From: Candidatus Eiseniibacteriota bacterium
Lineage (GTDB): Bacteria > Eisenbacteria > RBG-16-71-46
Reading direction: 5' to 3'
Length of the DNA: 47,497 nt
Assembly: GCA_043720995.1 (NCBI GenBank)
Contig: JAYSRO010000445.1
Coordinates: 1 to 47,497 of the forward strand
The translations under genes and the position numbers were made by a program. Positions within the stretch are counted from its first letter, which is position 1. Each line of letters starts with the position of its first letter. This document shows, in pieces, positions 17,536 to 26,341 of this stretch. The notes beneath the pieces were generated by a model. It worked only from the letters and a program-made list of their open reading frames with translations, had not been told where the DNA came from and did no database searches.

Positions 17536-19218
17536 CTACTTCGCGAACACCACGCGAACGGTGGTCGACCCCGCACGCGCGGCGGCGCGGACGAAATACA
17601 GCCCTGGCGGGATCGCCTGTAGATCGCCGAACTCCATGGAGTGGCTCCCGGCGCCTCCCACGCGCTGCGTGCGCAATTTGCGACCGGCCACGTCGAGCAA
17701 CTCGACCGTGGCCTCCGCCTCGTCCGGCAGCGTCAATTCGAATGCCACTGAGCCGCGCGCGGGATTCGGGTGTGGAGTGGAAAGCGCGAGCCGCAGGCCC
17801 AGCGGGCTCTGTGCCTCGACCCCGTTCAGGCCGATGGTGAGACTCCCTGACTCGCTGGTCACTCCTCCACAGGCACTGGCCACAACCACATCGTAGCTGC
17901 CCACGTCCAGCGGAGTGATATTCGCGATCCTCAGCGTGTCGTCGTCCGCTCCGGAAATATTGCCCCCGTTCAAGAGCGGTGCGAGATTTCGACGCCACTG
18001 GTAATTGAACGGGCCGGCCGCAGCCACGAGCACGGAGAACGCGACATTGCTGCCAGGAGGCGCGGTGCGAACTTCCGGCTGCCGCAGGATGGGCGGGATT
18101 GGTGGATCGCACCGCGTGGTGCCCACCGTGACTGAGGCGGGCAAGTTGGCCGGAAAGACCCACTGGTTGGTGGCCTGGCTCAACGGCACCGGCAGTGAAA
18201 GCCGAAGGCCCAGGACTGACTGCCCAGTGGCTCGTGACGCCTGAACGAATTGGAGGAACGGCGACGCCTGCTGTGCCAGCGGATCGATCACCACTTCCTC
18301 GATCCACGCCGTGTAGGCGGTGTCCGGGAAATCGCCCATCAGCATCCGCAGGTGGCCACTCAGCGCAATCAGGTTGCCCTGGGTCCAGATGGAAAAGTCG
18401 GTTGCGGTATCCGCTTCGCCCATGAACAGCGGATGCGTGGGCCCCATCTGGTTGCCCGAATAGACAAGCGTCGGGAAGTGGAGCGTGGCACCCTGCATGA
18501 ATGGATCAGTGAACGGCACATTCAGGTGGGAGAATGAACCGAGAAAAAAGCCATCGAGCGCCAACCGCTTGGTGCCCGGATCGAAATTCGAATTGCTGTT
18601 ATTGGTCGAGCTCTTTTCATCTTTTGGCTTGGGCGGATTGAGCAGGGTGCCGATTTTCGTGCACCACGCGGCCTGTTTCGCTGCGTTGGTCCCGTGCTCG
18701 GTCTCGCTATCGTACAGTTCCTGCATGTCGTCGCACTTCTTCTTCATCTCGGCTTCGATCTTGTTGGCCTTGGCCATCGCATCGCTGGTCGCGGCCGCCG
18801 GGGTCGCGCCGACACCTTCAACGCCCTTCAATGCCTTCTCCAGTTCGCGCGCCCAGTACTCGCTGATGTCGAAGTGATATTGCTCGTGCTCGAGGAGCGC
18901 AGCAGTTTGGGTGCCGGGCTTCACGCCCGACGCTTTCTTGTCCATGATGGCCGTGACCTTCACATCCTTGAGCTTGCACTTCCACGTCGTGCCGCTCCCG
19001 GTGGGAGTGTCGGTCCCCCAACTCGAGCTGGTGCCTGTGGTGATCTCGGCACTCTCGGTCCCCGTAGGGGCAGGTCCCAGGAAGTCCCCCCACTTGATCT
19101 TGTGGTACGCGCTACTCGTTTCGGTAGAGAAAGCGGGACCGGGCACCACGGACGTTGCCAGAGCGACAGCAAGCACTGCGAGCGCGATCAGGTCGGATGG
19201 GTAGCGCGGCGGCTTCAT
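17536..19218 (-). CDS. Secreted protein: DUF922-like putative Zn protease + Ig-like domain + CTD
   Basis: Signal peptide; KIKWGDFLG, LLEHEQYHFDISE (HExxH), YDSETEHG....Q..W typical of DUF922; Ig motif YQWRRN...TLRIANITPLDVGSYDVVV; tail PNPARG...LLDVAGRKL...PGLYFVR. Start at ATG 19218. Confidence 0.82.
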   Translation of the reverse strand: MKPPRYPSDLIALAVLAVALATSVVPGPAFSTETSSAYHKIKWGDFLGPAPTGTESAEITTGTSSSWGTDTPTGSGTTWKCKLKDVKVTAIMDKKASGVKPGTQTAALLEHEQYHFDISEYWARELEKALKGVEGVGATPAAATSDAMAKANKIEAEMKKKCDDMQELYDSETEHGTNAAKQAAWCTKIGTLLNPPKPKDEKSSTNNSNSNFDPGTKRLALDGFFLGSFSHLNVPFTDPFMQGATLHFPTLVYSGNQMGPTHPLFMGEADTATDFSIWTQGNLIALSGHLRMLMGDFPDTAYTAWIEEVVIDPLAQQASPFLQFVQASRATGQSVLGLRLSLPVPLSQATNQWVFPANLPASVTVGTTRCDPPIPPILRQPEVRTAPPGSNVAFSVLVAAAGPFNYQWRRNLAPLLNGGNISGADDDTLRIANITPLDVGSYDVVVASACGGVTSESGSLTIGLNGVEAQSPLGLRLALSTPHPNPARGSVAFELTLPDEAEATVELLDVAGRKLRTQRVGGAGSHSMEFGDLQAIPPGLYFVRAAARAGSTTVRVVFAK

Positions 19219-19487
19219 GGGAGAATTCTCCTGATGGGATCCCGGCCGATCACGGGGAATGCGTTGGCGGAGGAGGGCGGGTTCGCGCAGGCGTGGATTG
19301 CCTTTCGCGACGCGCTCCATCGGCCGTTGGTCTGCGCGTAAGGATAGGCCCGGCCAAAGGGCGAGCCGAGAACTTTCTGGGTCAGGCGATCGAGATGGCC
19401 AGGCTCGCTACTGCTGTCCGTTGTCCCCAAATGACTTGTGGGCGGGGACTCCGACTTCCCCGCCTCCCGCCTTCCGGCCCGCTGGCC

Positions 19488-20165
19488 TCAACGAAATGTA
19501 GCGATCTCCGCGAGGGCCTTCCGTTTGAGGTCGGGAACGTGCGCGTCGGTTGCAGGGTACCCCGCAACCACGAGCATGACCGCACGCTCGTTCTGTGGAC
19601 GGTCGAGCAGGTTGCTGAGAAACCCCATCGGATTGGGCGTGTGCGTGAGCGTGGCCAGCCCAGCGTGATGCAAGGCGGCCAGCAGGAATCCGGTCGCGAT
19701 GCCGACTGATTCAGAGACGTAGTAGTGCTGGTGCCGGGTACCATCGGGGTCCCACCCATACCGCTGTGCAAAAACGGCGATCAGGTACGGAGCGCTCTCC
19801 AGGTAGGGTTTGTGGGCATCGGTACCGAGAGGAGCAAGGGCGGCAAGCCACTCTGCGGGGGCTGAGGCATAGAATTCCGCCTCGGCCGCTTCGGCTGCTG
19901 CACGGATCGCGCGCTTGACCGCCGGATCACTCACCACGACGAAGTGCCATGGCTGCTGGTGGGCCCCACTGGGCGCCGTCCCCGCCGCCTTCAGGCATGA
20001 CTCGATGACCGACCGCGGAATGAGGCGCTCACTGAAAGCACGGACCGTGCGCCGTCGCTGCATTTCCTCCGCGAAACCGTGGGCGCGTTGTTCCATTTCT
20101 TCGACGGGGTACTCGCGGTAGCTCCGCAGGGGCACGAACCCCGGCGGATTCATGTTCTGGCTCAT
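19488..20165 (-). CDS. Nitroreductase-family flavoprotein, iodotyrosine deiodinase-like
   Basis: [24 protein letters not shown], lid E..EAEFY...[28 protein letters not shown]. Confidence 0.88.
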   Translation of the reverse strand: MSQNMNPPGFVPLRSYREYPVEEMEQRAHGFAEEMQRRRTVRAFSERLIPRSVIESCLKAAGTAPSGAHQQPWHFVVVSDPAVKRAIRAAAEAAEAEFYASAPAEWLAALAPLGTDAHKPYLESAPYLIAVFAQRYGWDPDGTRHQHYYVSESVGIATGFLLAALHHAGLATLTHTPNPMGFLSNLLDRPQNERAVMLVVAGYPATDAHVPDLKRKALAEIATFR

Positions 20166-20489
20166 GGCGCTAAGCGCTCATCACGTGCTGCATCGGGAAC
20201 ATTTGGTCATGCCTCCAAGTCGAGGCGACGCGTGACCCGCAGAATGGGCTCGCGCTGCCATGCGGAATTACCGTTGAAGCGCCTCCTGTACTGCGCGCCG
20301 GGCTGACTCGTGTCATTGACCCGGTCTGCCCGGCGGGACCCACGTAAGCCCACCCACTCGCCCCTGCGTCCCGCCGCTTAGCCCCCCGAATTGCAGCGTC
20401 CGTACCTTCGCGCTGGGATCCCGCGCAGGCGCAGCCTAGCCTCTTCTCTAATGTAGAAGAGCTGCGGTTCACCCTTGCCCCCACATTCA

Positions 20490-21326
20490 ATGCTTCGCCG
20501 CTTCGCCGTCGTGAGCAGCTCGCTCGCGGTACTCGCGATCGCCTGGTCGGGCTGCGTCTTACCCACAAGCTCGAAGCCCGAGCAGGTGGTGACCACGCCC
20601 ACGCCGCCTCCACCACCTCCTCCCCCGCCGCCGCCACCCCCACCGGTGCACAACCCACACTTGCTGCGTGTGCTGTTCATCGGCAACAGCCTGACGGGCG
20701 CCAACAGCTTGCCGGACATGGTAGCAGCACTCGCGCGGGCTGCGGGCGACACCATCACGATTGATGCGGGCCCCGTCGTCGTCAATGGCTACAGCCTGCT
20801 CGATCACATCACCGCAGGCTCTGCGGAAGCAACGATCGCGACGGGTACGTGGGACGTTGTGGTCCTGCAACAAGGCCCCTCGTCGCTGCCCGCGAGCCGG
20901 GTCGAGCTGCTCGCTTCCACCGCGACGATCAACGGCTGGACGGTTGCGCACGGTGGCCACACCGCGATCTACATGGTGTGGCCCGAGAAGGCGCGCATTG
21001 GAGTACTCGATGACGTCATCACGTCATACACACTCGCGGCGGAGAGCGTGTCCGGAATTCTCATCCCGGCAGGGCTCGCCTGGAAATTCGCATGGCAGGA
21101 GGATCCGAACTTCCCACTGTATTCGGGTGACGACTTCCATCCCTCGGTGCTCGGCACCTATGTCGCTGCACTTTGCGCCTACGGCGCGTTGAGCCATCGC
21201 CCCGCGGCGGAGATGCCTTCCGCCTTCGACTTGAGCGGCGGCTTGCACATTGAGATTCCAACCGCGCAGGCAGACGTGGCCCGGCGCGCCGCCGATAGCG
21301 CGCTGAACGCCGGCGCGCAACCGTAG
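20490..21326 (+). CDS. SGNH/GDSL-like hydrolase lipoprotein with polyproline linker
   Basis: Lipobox-like AWSGC, 14 consecutive Pro, RVLFIGNSLT, WDVVVLQQG, DDFHPS. Start at ATG 20490. Confidence 0.85.
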   Translation: MLRRFAVVSSSLAVLAIAWSGCVLPTSSKPEQVVTTPTPPPPPPPPPPPPPPVHNPHLLRVLFIGNSLTGANSLPDMVAALARAAGDTITIDAGPVVVNGYSLLDHITAGSAEATIATGTWDVVVLQQGPSSLPASRVELLASTATINGWTVAHGGHTAIYMVWPEKARIGVLDDVITSYTLAAESVSGILIPAGLAWKFAWQEDPNFPLYSGDDFHPSVLGTYVAALCAYGALSHRPAAEMPSAFDLSGGLHIEIPTAQADVARRAADSALNAGAQP

Positions 21327-21344
21327 CTTTCAAGGGAGGTTCAC

Positions 21345-22541
21345 ATGAATCGCGCATGGCTGGCCGTGCTGTTCTCGATCTTGCTGCCCACGTGCGCGCT
21401 CGCCCAGGCCGCGCGCCCCAATGACCCCCGCGAGACGCACTGTGTACTTCGGCTCCCGGCGATGGAGAAGGCCGTGGTCCGCGATGGTATCGCCTTCCAT
21501 GCCCACGGCGACACGACGTTACGATTCGATCTCTTCACTCCACCTCGGGCGGCGAAGGGCACTCCCTCACCGGTGGTGGTGTTCTTCAACGCCGGCAGCG
21601 AGCTCACGCCTCCCCAGCGCACGTGGGGCGTCTACCGCGATTGGGCGCGGCTCGCGACGACGCAGGGCATCGTCGCCGTGCTACCGGACGCCATGCCGAA
21701 CCATGTGACCGCGGACGCGGACGCACTCTTCGCGTACCTGAAGTCACACGCCGCCGAGTACGGCATCGATCCCGATCGCATGGGTCTGTGGGCGTGCTCG
21801 ATGCATGTGTTCGCAGGCTTGCCCTACGCGATGGACGCAGCACACCCAATTCGTGCGGCGGTGATCTACTACGGCATCACCGACACACTCGCCATCAACG
21901 TCGAGCGTCCCGTGCTGATGGCGCGCGCCGGCATGGACATGCCCGCGATCGTGCGCTCGATGGCTGCGTGGTCCGCGCAGTCGGTGCGATTGGGCTTGCC
22001 CCTCACATGGATCGATCTGCCCTCGCTGCATCACGCGTTCGATGCCTTCGAAGACGACGCGTTGTCGCGTGAGACGGTGCGGCGCACGCTCGACTTCCTG
22101 CGCTTCGAGCTCTCCACCGAGGGGCTCGCGGCGCGCCAGCACAATGGCATCGAGCGACGCGCGCGCCGTCTCGATGGCGCTGCCGACCTCGCCGCCGCCA
22201 CGCAGGCCGCCGAAGCATGGATCGCCGAAGCGCCCACGAACGGCGATGCCCATCGCATCATGGCCGATGCCCTGTACCGCGCCCACCAGTTCGCCCGCGC
22301 TGGGGATCACTTCGAGCGCTCCGGTGACGCGGGGGCCGTCCCTGCCATCACGTGGTACAACGCCGCGTGCTGCCGCGCGTTGATCGGTGAGCGCGAACGG
22401 GCGCGGGTGCTGCTCGAGCGCGCCTTTGGCACAGGCATGATCACGGACCGCGTGGCTGTGGCGCGCGATCCGGATCTCGCGTCGCTGGCGGAGGAGCCGC
22501 GCTTCAAGAAGTTGATCGCGCCGCCGGGCTCGGCAGACTAG
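21345..22541 (+). CDS. Secreted alpha/beta-hydrolase-fold protein with C-terminal TPR-like region
   Basis: Signal peptide; PVVVFF, YGIDPDRMGLWACS, HHAFD; WYNAACCRAL...DPDLASL tail; AAGGGAGG RBS. Confidence 0.8.
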   Translation: MNRAWLAVLFSILLPTCALAQAARPNDPRETHCVLRLPAMEKAVVRDGIAFHAHGDTTLRFDLFTPPRAAKGTPSPVVVFFNAGSELTPPQRTWGVYRDWARLATTQGIVAVLPDAMPNHVTADADALFAYLKSHAAEYGIDPDRMGLWACSMHVFAGLPYAMDAAHPIRAAVIYYGITDTLAINVERPVLMARAGMDMPAIVRSMAAWSAQSVRLGLPLTWIDLPSLHHAFDAFEDDALSRETVRRTLDFLRFELSTEGLAARQHNGIERRARRLDGAADLAAATQAAEAWIAEAPTNGDAHRIMADALYRAHQFARAGDHFERSGDAGAVPAITWYNAACCRALIGERERARVLLERAFGTGMITDRVAVARDPDLASLAEEPRFKKLIAPPGSAD

Positions 22542-22705
22542 CGAGGCAGGGGCACCAGCGGCCCCAAGTCACTGCGAGAACCACATCCTCCGTATGCCCG
22601 CAACCGAGTGACCAGCGCCCGCCACGGCACGAGGGACCCGGGGTTGAGGCTGGCGCACCCGGTCCAATCGAACGCGGCGTCCGCGCTGACGCGCCGATTT
22701 TGGAA

Positions 22706-22742
22706 CCATGAAAATTCGATACTGAACTTCGGATTTTCGTGG
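22706..22742 (+). promoter_or_regulatory. 37-bp imperfect palindrome, putative operator of the AAA-DUF4143 gene
   Basis: CCATGAAAATTCG-N11-CGGATTTTCGTGG (arms 11/13 complementary), 13 bp before the ATG; a second copy of the same length lies at 30080-30116. Confidence 0.65.
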
Positions 22743-22755
22743 TAACATCCCAGTC

Positions 22756-23919
22756 ATGATTTTGCGGACCAGATCCTTGCGCCGGTTGACCATGCTGCTG
22801 CGTGAGCATCCCGTGGTAGGGATTCTGGGCGCCCGCCAAACGGGAAAGACCACCCTCGCGCACCAACTTGTCGCAGCCTCGCGCCGGCCCGCGACCATCT
22901 TTGACCTCGAGGACCCGCGCGACCTGGAGAGGCTTCGGGAACCAACACTCACTCTGTCTCCGCTGCGAGGCCTCGTTGTGTTGGACGAGATCCAGCGACG
23001 GCCGGAATTGTTTCCCGTGCTTCGAGTGCTTGCGGATCGGCGGGGGACGCCCGCACGTTTCCTCGTCCTCGGCAGCGCTTCGCCGGAGCTACTGAGACAA
23101 TCCTCCGAAACCCTCGCGGGACGGATCGCATTTCAGGAACAGGCCGGCTTCGATCTCGCTGAGACGGGCCCAGATCGCCTCCACAGGCTGTGGCTGCGGG
23201 GCGGATTCCCTCGCGCGTTTCTCGCGCGCAGCGAGGCCTCAAGCATCGGTTGGCGACGGGATTTCATCCGCACGTTCCTCGAACGCGACCTCCCACAGCT
23301 CGGATTTTCACTGCCCGCGGCAGTGCTACACCGCTTCTGGGCAATGCTCGCGCATCACCACGCACAACTTTGGAATTCGGCAGAATTTGCGCGTGCCTTC
23401 GGCGTTTCAGACCACACGGTGCGGCGGTACTTGGACGTCCTCTCCGCAACCTTCGTCGTAAGGGCGTTGCTTCCCTGGCACGAAAATCTTGGAAAGCGGC
23501 AAGTGAAGTCGCCACGCATCTACGTGCGCGACTCCGGCCTACTTCACTCACTACTGGCAATCGAGACCCGCTCGCAACTGGAACAACACCCGAAAGTCGG
23601 TGCCTCATGGGAAGGGTTTGCGATCGAGTGCGTTATCCGGCATCTCGGTGTGGACGCCCAACAGTGCTACTTTTGGCGCACCCACACGGGAGCCGAACTC
23701 GACTTGCTGGTGATGCACAGGGGGCGCCGTCTGGGGTTCGAGATGAAACTCACGGATGCCCCCTCGGTCACCCCCTCGATGCGATCAGCGCTGGCAGACC
23801 TGCGCCTGGATTCGCTGGACGTTATCCACGCAGGCAAGGCCTCATACCCACTTGCCGCCAAGACGAGAGCTGTCGCGCTCGAAAGGCTACTGCTTGATGT
23901 GAAGCCACTGGTCCGGTGA
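22756..23919 (+). CDS. AAA_14-type ATPase with DUF4143 domain
   Basis: Walker A GARQTGKTT, Walker B VVLDEIQ, LGSAS, SETLAGR, RGGFP, KSPRIYVRDSGLLH, WRT..GAELDL...GFEMK nuclease-like tail. Confidence 0.93.
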   Translation: MILRTRSLRRLTMLLREHPVVGILGARQTGKTTLAHQLVAASRRPATIFDLEDPRDLERLREPTLTLSPLRGLVVLDEIQRRPELFPVLRVLADRRGTPARFLVLGSASPELLRQSSETLAGRIAFQEQAGFDLAETGPDRLHRLWLRGGFPRAFLARSEASSIGWRRDFIRTFLERDLPQLGFSLPAAVLHRFWAMLAHHHAQLWNSAEFARAFGVSDHTVRRYLDVLSATFVVRALLPWHENLGKRQVKSPRIYVRDSGLLHSLLAIETRSQLEQHPKVGASWEGFAIECVIRHLGVDAQQCYFWRTHTGAELDLLVMHRGRRLGFEMKLTDAPSVTPSMRSALADLRLDSLDVIHAGKASYPLAAKTRAVALERLLLDVKPLVR

Positions 23920-24059
23920 GGCCGCCAAACCCGAACTATTCATAGTGCGCGGGCGGCACTCACGGATCAGGCGCAGGCGGTGTCCCGGAAGCGCGGATCG
24001 TGCGAGAATCGGAATCCCATGCGGACTCTGTCTCGATCCCCTCGCGCGCGTGCCCAAGG

Positions 24060-25259
24060 ATGGCCCGCCTGAGCTCAGCCCGGCCCCGCGTCGCCCTGTT
24101 CTTCACTCGCGTGCCCTGGCCGCTCGACCGTGGCGACCACATCCGCAACACGCAGGTCCTGCGAGCATGTGCGGCGCGGGCCGATGTCACGGTCTTCGCC
24201 CTGACCGACCAGCCGATCGAGCCGGTGCCCGAGCCGCTGCGCGCATTCGGGGCGCGCTTCGTCATCGTGCCACATCCTGCCTGGGCCTCGTGGGTCGCCA
24301 TGGGCGCGGCGCTGCCCAGCTCACGCCCGCTGCAGATTGCGTATTTCGAATCGCAGGCGATGCGCCGGGCGATCGCGGGAGCTGTCGCGGCGGGCGGCGG
24401 GTTCGATGTGGGAATCGCGTCCTTCCTGCGCATGTGGCCTTATATCCGGCACGCTTCGATCCGCCACCGCGTTGCGGACTTTCACGACTCGATGTCGATG
24501 CGTTCCACCCGGGCAGCCGCGTTCGCCCCGTGGGCAGCACGACCCGTCCTGCGGGAAGAGGGCCGCCGCATGGCCGCTCTCGAGAGCCGCGTCGCGCGCG
24601 AGGCACAAGAGTGTTGGATCATTTCCGAGGCCGACCGCCGCGAGGTGCTCGATCGCACGCCCGGTGGCCACATCGAAGTCGTGCCCAATGGAATCGAAAC
24701 GCGCTGGGGAGCCTCGGGGCTCGTCGACTCGAGCACCCGGCAGTCCGACGTGTTGTTTCTCGGCAACATGACCGTCAGCCACAATCGCGACGCCGCGATC
24801 CTGCTCGCGCGCGAGATATGGCCTGCGGTTCGCGTGCGTCACCCTGCCGCGCGACTGAGACTCGTGGGCACCCACGACAGCGCCCTTGCGACACTCGCGA
24901 ACCTGTCCGGCGTTTCAGTCGAGGGTTATATCGAGGACCTCGCTCCCGTGCTGCGCGCCTCGCGCCTCGCGGTGGCACCACTCCGCTTTGCCACGGGACT
25001 CCAGAACAAGGTGATCGAGACGATGTCCGCCGGGCTCCCCTCCGTGGTGACTCGAGTGGTGAACGAAGGCATCGGGGCGCCCGAAGGCGAAGCGATCGTG
25101 ATCGCCGACTCCACGGAGCAACAGGTCGAGGCAATCGTGGCGCTCCTCGCCGATCCCGGAAGAGCGCGCGCGATTGGGGGACGCGCGCGCGCGTGGGTAC
25201 AGGGCCGCTTCACGTGGGACGTCCTCGACCGCCGTATAGAACGACTGCTCGAGCGTTGA
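24060..25259 (+). CDS. Glycosyltransferase family 4 (GT-B)
   Basis: PWPLDRGDHIR, VVPNGI, FLGNM...HN.DA, VAPLRFATGLQNKVIETMSAGLPSV. Start codon uncertain (ATG 24060 chosen). Confidence 0.88.
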   Translation: MARLSSARPRVALFFTRVPWPLDRGDHIRNTQVLRACAARADVTVFALTDQPIEPVPEPLRAFGARFVIVPHPAWASWVAMGAALPSSRPLQIAYFESQAMRRAIAGAVAAGGGFDVGIASFLRMWPYIRHASIRHRVADFHDSMSMRSTRAAAFAPWAARPVLREEGRRMAALESRVAREAQECWIISEADRREVLDRTPGGHIEVVPNGIETRWGASGLVDSSTRQSDVLFLGNMTVSHNRDAAILLAREIWPAVRVRHPAARLRLVGTHDSALATLANLSGVSVEGYIEDLAPVLRASRLAVAPLRFATGLQNKVIETMSAGLPSVVTRVVNEGIGAPEGEAIVIADSTEQQVEAIVALLADPGRARAIGGRARAWVQGRFTWDVLDRRIERLLER

Positions 25260-25369
25260 CTCACGCGTGATGGCCGGCGTGCTGGGCGATTGCCGATGTC
25301 GCCCCACCCGCCGACATGGCGTAACATCAATTGGCCTGCAACTCACTTCCTCATTCGACGGATCCCCGC

Positions 25370-26341
25370 ATGCGAGTCCTGATCACCGGGGGCGCCGGAT
25401 TTATTGGCTCCCACCTGGCCGAGTCGCATCTGCGTCGCGGCGATTCCGTCACCGTGCTTGACGATCTCTCGACTGGATCGCTCACGAACCTTCGGGCAAT
25501 CGCGCACGCGGACGGATTCCGCTGCACGGTCGGGCGCGTGGAACACATGGAGACGGCCGCGCCGCTGGTGGAGAGCGCAGACCTCGTCTACCACCTCGCC
25601 GCCGCGGTCGGCGTGCGCCTGATCGTCGAGCGCCCCGTGCACACGATTGAGACCAACATCCTCGGCACCCGCACGATCCTCGAAGCCGCGGCGCGCACCG
25701 GCAGCAGGGTGATCGTGGCCTCGACTTCGGAAGTCTACGGCAAGAGCCTCGAGCTGCCGTTCCGCGAAGACGCGGACCTGCTGCTCGGACCGAGCACGCG
25801 TTCGCGTTGGAGCTATGCGGCATCCAAGCTGGTCGACGAATTCCTGACGCTCGCCTACTGCAAGGAGCGCGCGCTTCCGGGAATCGTCGTCCGCTTGTTC
25901 AACACCGTCGGGCCGCGCCAGACCGGCCGCTACGGAATGGTGATCCCGAACTTTGTGCGGCAGGCGCTGGACGGCAGCCCCCTCACCGTCCACGGCGACG
26001 GCCAACAGTCGCGCTGCTTCTGCCACGTCGAGGATGTGTGCGATGCCCTCACCGGACTTGCGGGCAAGACCGAGGCCGTGGGGCAGGTCTTCAATGTCGG
26101 CTCGAGCGAAGAAGTGACGATGGAGCAACTCGCCGGCCGCGTGCGTTTGCTCACCGATAGTGACTCGCCCATCGAGTACGTGCCGTATGAGCGCGCGTAC
26201 GAAGTGGGCTTCGAGGACATGCGACGCCGTGTGCCCGACACCACGAAGGTTGCCGCCCTAACGGGATGGCGGCCACGCCACGACCTCGACGCCATGCTTC
26301 GCAGCGTGATCGAGTTCGAACGGGCGCGCACCGCAGCCTGA
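25370..26341 (+). CDS. NAD-dependent nucleotide-sugar epimerase/dehydratase
   Basis: MRVLITGGAGFIGSHL, HLAAAVGV, STSEVYG, YAASK, RLFNTVGPRQ. Confidence 0.95.
   Translation: MRVLITGGAGFIGSHLAESHLRRGDSVTVLDDLSTGSLTNLRAIAHADGFRCTVGRVEHMETAAPLVESADLVYHLAAAVGVRLIVERPVHTIETNILGTRTILEAAARTGSRVIVASTSEVYGKSLELPFREDADLLLGPSTRSRWSYAASKLVDEFLTLAYCKERALPGIVVRLFNTVGPRQTGRYGMVIPNFVRQALDGSPLTVHGDGQQSRCFCHVEDVCDALTGLAGKTEAVGQVFNVGSSEEVTMEQLAGRVRLLTDSDSPIEYVPYERAYEVGFEDMRRRVPDTTKVAALTGWRPRHDLDAMLRSVIEFERARTAA

Noticed and set aside
20441-20461. CTCTTCT-N7-AGAAGAG inverted repeat upstream of the SGNH lipoprotein
   Set aside because: Only 7-bp arms and a single occurrence, too weak to call.
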